A stretch of DNA of 39,951 nt from a virus (lineage: Duplodnaviria > Caudoviricetes). A program made the translations under genes and the position numbers. Under the pieces are notes generated by a model. It was not told the origin of the DNA, ran no database searches, and worked only from the letters and a program-made list of their open reading frames with translations. Location of the stretch: the IMG/VR virus record IMGVR_UViG_3300037851_000171, positions 1 to 39,951 of that record. One strand, written 5' to 3'. Positions 16,027 to 26,167 of the stretch are shown piece after piece. Positions within the stretch are counted from its first letter, which is position 1. Every line of letters starts with the position of its first letter.

Positions 16027-18294
16027 TCACGTGATTGAAGTTGTAAAGCCCTTGTGCTCGCCACGCCAGCGCTCGATCCACGAAAAGTCCGCGTTAACCG
16101 CCCCGCTCGCGTTCGCTTTGTTCGTCAGCACAACGGAGACGTTGGTATTCACCGTCACCACCTGCGCGGTGTAGACCATCGTTCCGGTGCCCGGCGCCAG
16201 TATGTCGATGGCCGATCCGCCTGGTTCGCGTGCCAGTTGGAAGGCGCGGCCGGAACAGTTCACCGCGTAGTAGATCGAGTCCGTGTGCAGCCCAATGCTT
16301 TCGGCTTCCGAAGGTGACGAAGCGGTGACCAGCGTGGGGAATGCCACCGCAGTTCCTTCGGCAACCCCTGCAAATACGTCGCAGATGACGCAGTTCTCGT
16401 TCGGGGAACCATAGGCGGCAGGCGATCCGACCGCCGGCGTCGGCGAACCGACGCGCGAGCAAAAAGTGACCGCGACGGAACTGGTGATGTTCGTCGCATT
16501 CACCCACATGCCAGCCGTTATCCCAGTGGTATTGGTGCACGCAACGGTTTCAGAATCAGCCGTCGTCGTAACAGCACGGTTGGGGACGCCGCCAAGGTCC
16601 GCAACCGTCTGGTGAAGGTAAATGTCCTGCGTTCCCGCCAAGGCGCAACCCAAGGAATCCAGGAACGCATTGACGTCTGACACGGACATCGGATGATTGC
16701 GCAGGTCGATGCTGCCGACCTGCGTCCCGTGCAGCCGAAGCGACGACAGGCTGGGTGTTCCGGTGAACGCGCCGGCCCACGTGGAGCAGTAGCTTGCGCC
16801 GTTTACGATGATCGACTTCAGCCCCCAGCAGTCGTAGAACAAATCGCCGCCGTTGAATGTGTTCTGAAAGGTCACCTCGACCGTTTGCAGCGCGATGCAG
16901 CCCTGGAACATCCGGTTGGAGTAAGAGCCGCCATTGAAGACAAGGTGGGGGATGGTTTGTATTGACCTGCAGCCGTAGAACATGTCCGAGTTGATGACCG
17001 AATTGGTCATGTCGTACGCCGGCACCTCCTGCAGCGCCGTGCAGTCCCTGAACATGTTCGATGTGGTGCGCGCGTTCTTCGTCAGGATGTCTGGGCCGCG
17101 CGCCATGGCCGTGCACATCTGGAACATGTATTCCGTGGATGTGCTCGCGTTGTCCGCCAGCTCCGTGTCAAACCTCACGGATCGCAGGGACCGGCAGTAC
17201 GCGAATGCCGAATAGCACGAGACCAGCGCGGATACGTTTGTGAACCGCACCTTCTCAAGCGAAAAGCAGTTGTAAAACGCCCGGTAGATCGTCGTGCACG
17301 CGCCGATGTCCCACGGCCCCACGGCGCGCAGCGCGTAGCAGTTCTGGAACGCATACGACATGTCGGTCACCGCCTGCGTGGCGATTTCCGGCGGATCGCG
17401 CAGCGAATAGCACGATTCGAACGCATAATTCATGCTAGTCAGCGTCGTGTTCGGCGCCATGTAGAAGCGCTTCAGCGCATAGCAGTACCTGCAGATAGAT
17501 CCGATGTCAGTAATTTTTGACGTGTCGCCGACTATCGCCGCGGATTCCAGGGAGTAGCAGGACGAGAACATGCCGCCGATGGAAACAGAACTGGAGCTGT
17601 ACAGATCGGACAGGACGATGTGGCGCAGCCCGTTGCACAGGTCGAAGCAGTACCCCATGTTTAGGATCACCGTCTGGTTGACGGAGATGTCCACGTGCTT
17701 CAACCCAACACACCAGTAAAACTGGGACGCCCAGTACGTGGCCGCGTTTTCACCCACGTAAACGGACTCCAGGTAGTGCATCCTTATCGCCGCGCCCTGG
17801 GTGAACGTGATGGTGGAAAGGTTCGAGGAGTTGATCTTGATCTCGAGCCACTTGTACGAGTGTCCGTCGGGTATTTCCGCCGTGTACCCGCCCCACCGCG
17901 ACTGGAACGTGACGCCGGCAAAAGTGCCCATCTTCTGCGTGATGCTGACTATGGCCTGGCGGTATCCGCGCGAGCAGTACGTCGAGGCGTCGAGATCGTC
18001 GTACGCATAGGTGTGGTCAGCCCGCGCGTTGTCAGCGAACGTCTCCACCGTTCCATCGCCCCAATCCACCTCGTACGTCCCGCCGGCGGACATGTCGACG
18101 GTGACGGAAATGTAATTGGACGCATCGTCGTAGACGGCCACCAGGCCGGTGATCTTGTGGGTGCCGGCGGCCGGCGTTTCCAGCGGCAGCCAGTCCGCTG
18201 GGCGCACCCAGGCATCGGACAGCGGAATGTCATCCGCGGCGCCAAGCGTCCGTACGCGCCCGTACCCCTTCAGCGATAGGTTCCCAGCGCTCAA
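16027..18294 (-). CDS. Tail fibre/receptor-binding protein with BspA-like leucine-rich repeats
   Basis: VDWGDG PKD-like motif and many xxFxxCxxL repeats. The C-terminal domain carries GSP three times. Confidence 0.75.
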   Translation of the reverse strand: MSAGNLSLKGYGRVRTLGAADDIPLSDAWVRPADWLPLETPAAGTHKITGLVAVYDDASNYISVTVDMSAGGTYEVDWGDGTVETFADNARADHTYAYDDLDASTYCSRGYRQAIVSITQKMGTFAGVTFQSRWGGYTAEIPDGHSYKWLEIKINSSNLSTITFTQGAAIRMHYLESVYVGENAATYWASQFYWCVGLKHVDISVNQTVILNMGYCFDLCNGLRHIVLSDLYSSSSVSIGGMFSSCYSLESAAIVGDTSKITDIGSICRYCYALKRFYMAPNTTLTSMNYAFESCYSLRDPPEIATQAVTDMSYAFQNCYALRAVGPWDIGACTTIYRAFYNCFSLEKVRFTNVSALVSCYSAFAYCRSLRSVRFDTELADNASTSTEYMFQMCTAMARGPDILTKNARTTSNMFRDCTALQEVPAYDMTNSVINSDMFYGCRSIQTIPHLVFNGGSYSNRMFQGCIALQTVEVTFQNTFNGGDLFYDCWGLKSIIVNGASYCSTWAGAFTGTPSLSSLRLHGTQVGSIDLRNHPMSVSDVNAFLDSLGCALAGTQDIYLHQTVADLGGVPNRAVTTTADSETVACTNTTGITAGMWVNATNITSSVAVTFCSRVGSPTPAVGSPAAYGSPNENCVICDVFAGVAEGTAVAFPTLVTASSPSEAESIGLHTDSIYYAVNCSGRAFQLAREPGGSAIDILAPGTGTMVYTAQVVTVNTNVSVVLTNKANASGAVNADFSWIERWRGEHKGFTTSIT

Positions 18295-18647
18295 GCGGTT
18301 ATCTCTGCGCCGAATGCGCTGAATGAAACGTCCGCGGTGGTGGCGCGCACGCTGATCACGTCCGTGGCACCCAGCGTGATGCCAAGCGTCAGCGTCACCG
18401 TGTCCCGCGGATTGATGTACGTGTCATACACCACGTAGCTCGCATCCGGCGCCGTGTGGTCCGAATCTGGCGATCCGACCGTCGCCCCGGCGATCCGCAC
18501 CGCGATCCTGAACAGTGCCGCGGACCCCTTGTTGCAGATGACGATTGTCGACACCACCGCCTGCGTGGCTGCCGGGACGGTGTAAAGCGCGGTCAGCGTG
18601 TTGGCCGACGGCTCGCACTGTCCCAACACCTTGTACGTCGTCGCCAT
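18291..18647 (-). CDS. Minor virion/tail fibre-associated protein
   Basis: MATTYKVLGQ...LYTVPAAT...FSAFGAEI beta-rich protein in the tail cluster; contains GSP. Confidence 0.7.
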   Translation of the reverse strand: MATTYKVLGQCEPSANTLTALYTVPAATQAVVSTIVICNKGSAALFRIAVRIAGATVGSPDSDHTAPDASYVVYDTYINPRDTVTLTLGITLGATDVISVRATTADVSFSAFGAEITA

Positions 18648-18650
18648 CCC

Positions 18651-19094
18651 TCACGCTCCCATCAAAAGGAAACTGCTGATCGTTTCGCCGCCACCTGGCC
18701 CCGTGCTCGGCGGCGGGTTACCTTCGTGGTAGACGTCGTACCCCCCCCACGTCAGGTCACCGTTGGGCTTGCCGACCAGATCCCAAATCGTCGACGAAGC
18801 CGGCGATCCGTACGGGCTGTTGGCCGTGATGACGAAATATCCGGGAAAGGTGGCGTGGGACTTCCCAAAGAATGCCGCGTAGGCACCGTGCGCCCCGGTG
18901 GTGTAGTCCAGCTGGCCGAAGGCGATGTAACCCGCGTCGTCCTTGTTCCCCACGATGACGATGGACTGGTTCCACTCCCGGCTTCCGAACAGGTGCGAGG
19001 CGTTCCAGGACTGCCCGTCAAAGGTCCACAGGTTGCCGTTCTGGTCCAGGTATTCCGCGCCGGCTGACGGGGAATCCGTGAAATCAATCGTCAT
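18651..19094 (-). CDS. Minor tail protein/fibre adaptor
   Basis: IDFTDSP...WTFDGQSW N-terminal motif, VYHEGN, C-terminal FLLMGA; contains GSP. Confidence 0.7.
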   Translation of the reverse strand: MTIDFTDSPSAGAEYLDQNGNLWTFDGQSWNASHLFGSREWNQSIVIVGNKDDAGYIAFGQLDYTTGAHGAYAAFFGKSHATFPGYFVITANSPYGSPASSTIWDLVGKPNGDLTWGGYDVYHEGNPPPSTGPGGGETISSFLLMGA

Positions 19095-19103
19095 CGAGCG
19101 CCC

Positions 19104-21056
19104 TCACGTGATGCTGACCCACTGCGAGCTGGACGGCGATCCGGGCTCGACGTAGTAGACGTATAGCTTCCCGTAGTCCGTGTCCCACCACAGCGATCCG
19201 CTCACTGCCACGGGCGGCGGGCTGGTGCTCATGTAGACCGGAGCCTGTGTCGTCCCGCCGTAGTTCACATTCGGCAGGATCGCCTTGGTGTCGCTTACCC
19301 CGGATCCCTGCAGGCCCAGCGTCGAGACGACGTAGACCGTCACCCGGTATTGGACGCCGAGCGTGACGTCAGGAGTCACGAAGTCCGTGCGGGTGGTGTA
19401 CAGGTCGGAGTGCACGACGGCTGGGGATCCGACAGCCGCCGGCGACCCTTCCATCGTCTCCACCAGCACGCGGTACTGCGAGACGTACGGCCAGTCCGGG
19501 GGATTCCATGTCACGCGGATCGCGGCGTGCCAGGTGCCGCTGTGATACGTCTGGTTCTCGCTCAACACGATCCCGGACAGCGCCGGCACGTCTCCGGGAT
19601 CCGGCAGCACGGAAAACCCGGTGTTAGCGGTGCTGTGCAGCTCGAGGTCGTAGGCGTCCTGGTCGTAGACCCGGAAGTGCACCGTCCAGCGGCCGTTGCC
19701 GTTGTCACGGACCTCCAGAACGCGCACGTCCTGCGCCGTCCACCCCCACGCGGCCTCCGTGATCGTGGCGCGATCTCCGGGAAGCACGCGGACACCATAG
19801 TCGAAGACGCTTATCTGCCCCTCGATGGGCTCCAGGTGGTAGTGGTTGTATCGTGTGGTAGCGAAGCGCCGAGCCATCGAATAGCTGCGAATGCCGGGAA
19901 GCTCGATTCGCGCCTTCGTGTCGCCAGTCCCGACGGATACGTAATTGGTGAAGTTCCTGGATCCGGCGCCGGGACTGTACGGAAGCGTCGTCGCCTGGGT
20001 GTAGGCAACCTCGACGACATTCGGCACCTCACGGATGCCCCTTGTCGTGAGGCGAGGCGCCGGTTCCTGCGCAATGTTCGAGGACGTGAAAGCGTGGTCG
20101 ACCGAGACCGAGATCTCGTCAACGATGATCTTTACGAAGTCTCCGTGGTCCTGCACCCATCCAGGCATGTAACCGCGCAGGATGTCGATCCACTCCTCGA
20201 CCGGCTTCTTTTCGGTGAGCACCAGTGTCATCTGGCTGGACTTCTCCAGCATCAGCGGAGAACCGAAGATGACGAGGGTGTCGCAAGCTGCCGCCGCGCT
20301 CACCAGGGAGACTTGCTCGACGGTTCGCGAGCAGTACGAGTAGAGAAAGTCGCCCAGGATCAGCGCAGGATTGTCCGTCCAGATCCACGTGGACGGGTCG
20401 GAAAGCAGGCAGCCGCCGGATCCGGCATAGGAAGGATCTGCCCGCGGATCGTAGACTTTCTTGCCCTTGATCTTGGCCGTGACTCGCGGGAAGCCAGTCA
20501 CCCACTGTCTTCCGCCTTCTGGCGTTCCGCCGCCAGGGCTGACGATCACGACGGAGTAGGCGAAGCCCTCGAGCGTTTCAGTCCATCCGAACGTCGAGGC
20601 CAGCCAAGGATCGACGGTTGTTTGACTGCCGTCGTAAGTCCGCGCCAAAGTGCCGGACGTGAGTCCGGCAGTCGCGTAGGTTGGGTCGTACACCGGAACG
20701 TCGTTGATCTCGAGGTCGGCCACGTCAATCTGCGCCACTGGCCCCTCGCAATACACGTTCACGACATACAGCAGGTTGCTGTTGACGCCGACCCAGTACA
20801 GCAGGCCGCCCATGCGCTCCGGCCCGCCATAGAGGATCGGGATGATCGCGTCACGCCCGGCCGCCTGGATCTGGACGGTATTAGGCCCACTGCTGCCGCC
20901 GGTCAAAGCAGGCGGAAGCTGCCCGCTCGGGTCCCGGATCGTCGTGATCGGGACGACGCGGAACCCAGGCAAGCGGTTCGATACCCCGTAGATCGGCCGC
21001 GTGAGGTTAGTGCCAGCGCCTGCAAGTGGATTCGATGGAGGTGTCTTCCATGGCAT
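19104..21056 (-). CDS. Central tail tip/host-specificity protein (gpJ-like, FN3 domain)
   Basis: IPILYG, CEGPV, IKGKKVYDPR, WTDNPAL, FN3-like VTWNPP...YRVTVYVVS; GSP four times. Confidence 0.85.
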   Translation of the reverse strand: MPWKTPPSNPLAGAGTNLTRPIYGVSNRLPGFRVVPITTIRDPSGQLPPALTGGSSGPNTVQIQAAGRDAIIPILYGGPERMGGLLYWVGVNSNLLYVVNVYCEGPVAQIDVADLEINDVPVYDPTYATAGLTSGTLARTYDGSQTTVDPWLASTFGWTETLEGFAYSVVIVSPGGGTPEGGRQWVTGFPRVTAKIKGKKVYDPRADPSYAGSGGCLLSDPSTWIWTDNPALILGDFLYSYCSRTVEQVSLVSAAAACDTLVIFGSPLMLEKSSQMTLVLTEKKPVEEWIDILRGYMPGWVQDHGDFVKIIVDEISVSVDHAFTSSNIAQEPAPRLTTRGIREVPNVVEVAYTQATTLPYSPGAGSRNFTNYVSVGTGDTKARIELPGIRSYSMARRFATTRYNHYHLEPIEGQISVFDYGVRVLPGDRATITEAAWGWTAQDVRVLEVRDNGNGRWTVHFRVYDQDAYDLELHSTANTGFSVLPDPGDVPALSGIVLSENQTYHSGTWHAAIRVTWNPPDWPYVSQYRVLVETMEGSPAAVGSPAVVHSDLYTTRTDFVTPDVTLGVQYRVTVYVVSTLGLQGSGVSDTKAILPNVNYGGTTQAPVYMSTSPPPVAVSGSLWWDTDYGKLYVYYVEPGSPSSSQWVSIT

Positions 21057-21059
21057 GGG

Positions 21060-21389
21060 TCACACCTCGTACAGCTCGACGTCCGCGCTCCACAGGTTCC
21101 CTTCCTGTGACCAGCGGATGGCGTTAGGCCCGAACACGCACGTGATTCCCGTTTCGCTCGTCGGCGCCCAGTCAAGCGTCAGCGTGGTGAGGCGCTTGGA
21201 GTTGTAGAGGCTAACGACGGCGTCCCGGCGCGTCGGCGTCAGGCCGCGCAGCGCGATGTTGAACACACGCTTGACGCCCGCCTGCAGCCTGCGAACCTTG
21301 ACGGCACCGCTGCGCGCGCGCGAGATCAGCGTCTCGTCGACGTACTCGACGGACGAGCTGGCGTGCGGATCCTCCACCCAGTCAGCCAA
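21060..21389 (-). CDS. Distal tail protein-like minor tail protein
   Basis: 109 aa, beta-rich, ends VELYEV, located in the tail tip cluster. Confidence 0.65.
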   Translation of the reverse strand: MADWVEDPHASSSVEYVDETLISRARSGAVKVRRLQAGVKRVFNIALRGLTPTRRDAVVSLYNSKRLTTLTLDWAPTSETGITCVFGPNAIRWSQEGNLWSADVELYEV

Positions 21390-21930
21390 TGTTGTCCTCC
21401 CCGCCGATCACATACACCTCGCCTCCCCATGAAATCTTTGTCCCGATGGGTGTGGCGTTGTTGAACCCGCTGGACGCATCGCAGCGCTTCCGCGGCGCAT
21501 AGGAATAGCGTGACGCGCGCGGGATCAGCTTGATGCGCACCCTGTCCAGGCCGATTTCCGTCCCGTCGCTCACCATGTCGGCCAGCTGCGGCGCATCGCT
21601 CGGACTTCCCACCTCGCGCGCGATCTGCCACACGCGCACGGACGTGTCGAAGGACACATTGTTCAGCACCCGCTGCACTATGGCGCTGTCCAGGTTCTGG
21701 ACGTCCAGCGTCATGCCGCCGACGCCGAGGCCTTCCATCACCGCTTGGAATCCCTGCACGGCCATGTCCATATCCGTCCAGGTGTACCCAGCGTACGTCT
21801 GGTTTCCCAGGTCGCACCAGCGCAGGATTTCCGTCGGCGAGCCGCCGAAGTCGATCTCCACCAGGTAGCCGACGGACGTCACCGTCTGCGCGATCGCGGT
21901 ATTGAAAGCGGTGGTTGTGGTGCGGCTCAT
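21382..21930 (-). CDS. Minor tail/hub protein
   Basis: Directly after the tape measure gene; YLVEIDF...; GSP twice. Confidence 0.7.
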   Translation of the reverse strand: MSRTTTTAFNTAIAQTVTSVGYLVEIDFGGSPTEILRWCDLGNQTYAGYTWTDMDMAVQGFQAVMEGLGVGGMTLDVQNLDSAIVQRVLNNVSFDTSVRVWQIAREVGSPSDAPQLADMVSDGTEIGLDRVRIKLIPRASRYSYAPRKRCDASSGFNNATPIGTKISWGGEVYVIGGEDNIG

Positions 21931-24900
21931 GCGCCGGCCCCGGAGTCGGTGACAATCAGGTTTCCGTATTGGTCGACCAGGATGCTGACCTTGACGCCGC
22001 GGTCAACGGCCGCCGCGAACGTCCCGGCTGCCTTGTCCTGCGTGCCGGCGGCGGTGACGAACTTGTCGGCAGCGGCGTCCATCTTGTCGCCCACCACCGC
22101 CAGCACGTCGTTGGTATCCGTCACCACGCCGTCGATCAAGGCGCCGATGTGCGTGCTGATCATGTCGCGCGCGGTGGCCAGGCGCCGGCCCCAGTCGCCG
22201 CCTTCCGCCGCCTGCTGCTCTGGTGAAAGCAGCGACCAGGCGTTGTTCCAGGCGGTGGTGAACTGGCCCAGCAGGCGCTCGATCTCTGCCGGGTCGCTGG
22301 ACGCCATCATCTGCGCGAAGAGGTCGTTCGCGCGCGTCTGCCAGTATTCGAACGTCTGCTGCGGGTCCATGCCGGAGAGCGCCGTCTGCTCGATCATTCC
22401 GTCGATGGTGTCGATGGCCGTGCGCTTGAGCGCCTCCAGCGTCAAGACCAGCTGCGCGGCCGCCTGACGGAAAGCGGCTGTGCCCTGCGTGAGGCGCTGC
22501 AGGTCCTCGGTCGTCATGTCCGTATTGCTGGCCAGATCCAGGAGCGCCTCGCCCTGCTCCCGCAGCAGCGTCATGGCGTCCTTGGACGCCGCCTCGATGA
22601 TCCCGCCGGCCGTGAACGGCTCGGTGATCACCGTCATCAAGTCGCCGAACGCCGTGGCCAGTTCGATGATCTTGGTGATCTCATCCTCGGTGCCGGTGGC
22701 CGCGCTGACGGTGGTCAGGATCCGCGCGATGCCCTCCGGCAAGGCCGAGGCCTGCAGGCCGGCCAGGAGCATCCGCTTCATGGTGAGCGAGAAGGCGCGC
22801 TGCAGGTCCTCGTCGTCACGCCCGGCCTCCATCATGGACTGGAACACCTGCATGCCGTCCCGGTAGATGGCGCCCATCACCCGGTTGGCGGCGCTTCCCC
22901 GCGGGTCCTGGTCGGTGCCGAAGCCGAACTGCATGGCGCCGCTCGTCCCGCCCAGGCGGTCCAGCGTCGAGAAGAACGTCCCGACGAAGCTGTCCGTCAG
23001 CGTGCGCATCGCCGAGTCCTGGTCGGACGGCGTGAAGAAGCGGCCGTTGTCGGTGCCTGGCACGGCCGCCGTGGACATGAAGCCGCCGGCCGCGTCATAC
23101 GTGCCGAAGAAGCTGCCGCCCGGCTTCGGGCCGCCCTCGCGGCTGCGAATGATTAGCACGGCGGCCACGGCGGCCGCCACGATCCAGGTGACCGGGTTGG
23201 CGGCCAAGGCGCCCAGTTGCGACCCGAAGGATGCGATGCCGGGATTGGCAAGCACCATCGGCGTGCTGGTGCCGCCAAATCCGGCCATGAAGCCGGTGCC
23301 GAAGTTGGACGCCATGGCGCCGACGGAAGACATGCCGATCGCGTTTGCAGCCCATCCGGCCATCGTGCCGTTGCCGGTGCTCCCCGCCATGGCATCGAGC
23401 GCCGTGTTCCCGGTGAGCGACGCGCCGAGCTGCAGCACCCAGCGCTTTGCGAACACCGCGACAAGCTCGGCCAGGAACTGCTTCAGCATGTCCTTCAAGC
23501 GGTCGAAGGCCGACCTGCCGTTCATCACCAGGTCGGAAAAGAAGCGCCCGGCGACGTCGCCGATCTGGTTCCAGACGGAGGCCTGCTCGCGCATGGCCTC
23601 CATGGCCTGCACGCTGGCGTAGATGCGGTCAGCCAGCTTCTGCATGCTTTCCGCGGCGACGTCAGCGCCGGAGGCCTGCAGCTTCAGCAGCGCGATCGTG
23701 CGCGCCCGCTCCGCGTTGGACATGCCCATCGTGCGCAGCTCGAACTCCATCGCCTCGGCGTCCAGGCGCACGCCCTTGATGATGTCCTCCGTGGCCTGCA
23801 GCCTTTTCTGGTCGATGTCGAGCGCCTCGTCGAACGCCTTGTTGCTCATCTCGGCCATCTTGATCGAGTGCGCGATCATGGCGTCCACGTGGGCTCTGGC
23901 GTCGCCGTAGTCCTTCAGCGCCTTGGTCGCCTTTTCGGTGGCGTTGGCGCTGGCTAGGGTGGACTTGATGCCGGACTCCATCCCCTTGTCCGCGCCGGGA
24001 GCCTGCGAGGCTGCCAGCGCGCGCTTCATGCGCATCTGCAGCAGGTGCTTCTCCTGCTCGATCAGCAGCTTCGTGTGCGCGATTTCATCGTCCAGGCGCT
24101 TGATGTTTTCCTTCGCGTAGTCGCTCGTCCCGCCCTCGAACCCCTCCCGCTGCGATTGCGCCGTGGCCAGGTTCACCTGCAGCTTCTTCAGGGTGGACAT
24201 GTCCAGCCCGGCAAGCTCCGACATCACCCCGCCGATGCCGACCAGCACCGCCTGCAGTACGCCGCCCTCGGCTGCCGCATCCTTCATGGCCTTCGTGATC
24301 CGCACCATGGCCTCGCCGCCCTGCTGCATCAGGACGTTGACCATGGACTTGGTCGACATCTTCACCAGCTTCAGGTTGTCGTTCAGCTGCTGCGCCGCGG
24401 CGGCGGCATCGCTGGTCACGACGAGGCCGAACTTCTTCGCCTGTTCCGACGCCTTCGCCAACCCGGCCGACCCCTCGTTCAGCATCGGGATCATGTCCAT
24501 GCCGGCCTTGCCGAACAGCTCCACCGCCAGCGTCGCCTTCGTGGGACCGTCCGGCAGTTTCTGGAAGGCGTCCGCAATCTTTGCCAGCGCCGGGCCGGTC
24601 CCGGCAGCCAGGTCTACGCCAAGCGCCTTCATCAGCTTGGCGGCCTTCGAGGTCGAGTCCTCGCCCTCGACCATCGTCTTTGAAAGCTGCTTGACGCCCT
24701 TGGACACCGCCTCGAGGCTCGTGTCGGAAAGCTCGGCGGCGACGCGCAGCTCGGACAGCGCCTCGACCGTGATGCCGGTCTTCTGCGCCATCTTCCCCAG
24801 GCTGTCCTGCATGGCGATGGTGTCGGCCACAAACTTGGTGACCATGCCCACGGACAGGATGCCGGCCAAGTCGGCACCCAGCGAGGTGAAGTCCTTCTTG

Positions 24901-25007
24901 ATCGCCCGCGCGGTCTTCTGCGCTTGGTCGCCCATCTTCGTCATGCCGCCGACAAACTTCCCGATGTCTGCGCCGACTTCGACCAGCAGGCTCGCCATCG
25001 TCGCCAT
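21927..25007 (-). CDS. Tail tape measure protein (1026 aa)
   Basis: Long Ala-rich helical ORF (LLVEVGAD, LGKMAQKTG, LFGKAGMDMIPMLN) following the chaperone genes. Confidence 0.93.
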   Translation of the reverse strand: MATMASLLVEVGADIGKFVGGMTKMGDQAQKTARAIKKDFTSLGADLAGILSVGMVTKFVADTIAMQDSLGKMAQKTGITVEALSELRVAAELSDTSLEAVSKGVKQLSKTMVEGEDSTSKAAKLMKALGVDLAAGTGPALAKIADAFQKLPDGPTKATLAVELFGKAGMDMIPMLNEGSAGLAKASEQAKKFGLVVTSDAAAAAQQLNDNLKLVKMSTKSMVNVLMQQGGEAMVRITKAMKDAAAEGGVLQAVLVGIGGVMSELAGLDMSTLKKLQVNLATAQSQREGFEGGTSDYAKENIKRLDDEIAHTKLLIEQEKHLLQMRMKRALAASQAPGADKGMESGIKSTLASANATEKATKALKDYGDARAHVDAMIAHSIKMAEMSNKAFDEALDIDQKRLQATEDIIKGVRLDAEAMEFELRTMGMSNAERARTIALLKLQASGADVAAESMQKLADRIYASVQAMEAMREQASVWNQIGDVAGRFFSDLVMNGRSAFDRLKDMLKQFLAELVAVFAKRWVLQLGASLTGNTALDAMAGSTGNGTMAGWAANAIGMSSVGAMASNFGTGFMAGFGGTSTPMVLANPGIASFGSQLGALAANPVTWIVAAAVAAVLIIRSREGGPKPGGSFFGTYDAAGGFMSTAAVPGTDNGRFFTPSDQDSAMRTLTDSFVGTFFSTLDRLGGTSGAMQFGFGTDQDPRGSAANRVMGAIYRDGMQVFQSMMEAGRDDEDLQRAFSLTMKRMLLAGLQASALPEGIARILTTVSAATGTEDEITKIIELATAFGDLMTVITEPFTAGGIIEAASKDAMTLLREQGEALLDLASNTDMTTEDLQRLTQGTAAFRQAAAQLVLTLEALKRTAIDTIDGMIEQTALSGMDPQQTFEYWQTRANDLFAQMMASSDPAEIERLLGQFTTAWNNAWSLLSPEQQAAEGGDWGRRLATARDMISTHIGALIDGVVTDTNDVLAVVGDKMDAAADKFVTAAGTQDKAAGTFAAAVDRGVKVSILVDQYGNLIVTDSGAGA

Positions 25008-25010
25008 CTG

Positions 25011-25343
25011 CTACCCCTTCGCCGCCTTGCCGTCCAGCCACTTGCGCAGCTGGAGCACTTTCGCCTTTTCCTTCGCCTTGCGCCTTTGCGCGGCCATCGG
25101 GTCGTACAACATCAAGTCATCGAGTTCCAGCTTCTTGCCGTTCGCCCCGGCGACGATCGCGCCCAGCAGCGCCGTCCTCCGGTCCTCGCGCCAATCCCCC
25201 CATGGATCCAGCGCGTAGTACGCCCGCCACTCGGCGAGCTGCTTGGACGTGATCTGTGCCAGCAGCACGTCCGGGTGCGGGTAGCCCAGCGCGAGGCACA
25301 GCCGGAACGCGAACAGCCGCTCCGGACGCGCGGCTATTTTCCC
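25011..25343 (-). CDS. Tail assembly chaperone, -1 frameshift extension (gpGT-like)
   Basis: Slippery G GGA AAA at 25337-25343, just before the gpG stop. The -1 frame is open into LLAQITSKQLAEWRAYYALDPWG. Confidence 0.85.
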   Translation of the reverse strand, partial: GKIAARPERLFAFRLCLALGYPHPDVLLAQITSKQLAEWRAYYALDPWGDWREDRRTALLGAIVAGANGKKLELDDLMLYDPMAAQRRKAKEKAKVLQLRKWLDGKAAKG

Positions 25344-25699
25344 TCGAGCTCCTCAACGTCCTTGTCCGTGAACCCGGAAAGCTCGCGCGCGGCCTCGAAG
25401 ACTCGGTTGAGCGCCCTCGCAGACTTCCGCCCGAGCGCCTCGACGTCCTTGTCCGTGAAGAGGCTCGACTTGCCGTCCTCGCCGACGATCGTCATCGCGC
25501 ACATGCGCGCGCGCAGGTTCATCAGCTTGTCGCCGCGGCTCTCGTTCGCCTCGGTGATCATGGACGCCTCGAACTTGTCGCGCTCCGCGCCGGTCAAGGC
25601 GCGGACCTTGACAGTGCCGCCCCACTCGGGGACTTCCACGTCCTTGGTCGGAAGGTCGAGCGCGGCCAGGATCAGGTCGCGGGTAAGAAATGCAGCCAT
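25334..25699 (-). CDS. Tail assembly chaperone (gpG-like)
   Basis: VEVPEWGGTVKVRALTGAERDKFE...ELEGK. Confidence 0.88.
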   Translation of the reverse strand: MAAFLTRDLILAALDLPTKDVEVPEWGGTVKVRALTGAERDKFEASMITEANESRGDKLMNLRARMCAMTIVGEDGKSSLFTDKDVEALGRKSARALNRVFEAARELSGFTDKDVEELEGK

Positions 25700-25725
25700 T
25701 GTCAGACTCCTCTGAAGTTGAAGGG

Positions 25726-26151
25726 TTACGGCAGGTCCTTGCGCACCGCGCCGGTGATCTCGAGCGTGACCGAGACCTTCAGCGCCTGATCGACGCCGGC
25801 CGTCACCGCGAACCCGGTAACGTAGGCGCTGAAATAGAACACCGTCGCCGGCGCGGTGTCGGTGAACGTGATCTTGAACGCCAGCAGCTCCTTGGCCGCG
25901 CGCGCGGAGCGCAGGCGATCGTGGACGGCGTTGTCGGGCAGGTAGTTGCAGTCAAGCGTCACCTGTCCCTCGTCCATCAGGCCCATGGTCTTCTCCTTGG
26001 CCGTGCTGGAAAGGTCGGTGACGTCGATGATGGTGGCGCTGCCGCTAGGCCCGTTGATGCTGCTGACCTCGGTGATCTGCGCCCACGAGGTAGGCGAACC
26101 CTCGGAAAGGTGGATGGTGCAGCCTTGGCTGCTCAATGCTGAAGTGCTCAT
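25726..26151 (-). CDS. Tail tube protein, paralog B
   Basis: IDVTDLSSTAKEKTMGLMDEGQVTL...ITGAV. About 79% identical to the neighbouring paralog by manual count. Confidence 0.88.
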   Translation of the reverse strand: MSTSALSSQGCTIHLSEGSPTSWAQITEVSSINGPSGSATIIDVTDLSSTAKEKTMGLMDEGQVTLDCNYLPDNAVHDRLRSARAAKELLAFKITFTDTAPATVFYFSAYVTGFAVTAGVDQALKVSVTLEITGAVRKDLP

Positions 26152-26167
26152 GATTTCTTCCCCCCTG

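Noticed and set aside
16027-18294. Diversity-generating retroelement target
   Set aside because: There is no reverse transcriptase in the genome, and I saw no TR/VR repeat pair.
19350-25218. Long plus-strand ORFs opposite tail genes (e.g. 19350..21110, 24163..25218)
   Set aside because: These are antisense shadows of high-GC coding sequence with no recognisable motifs.
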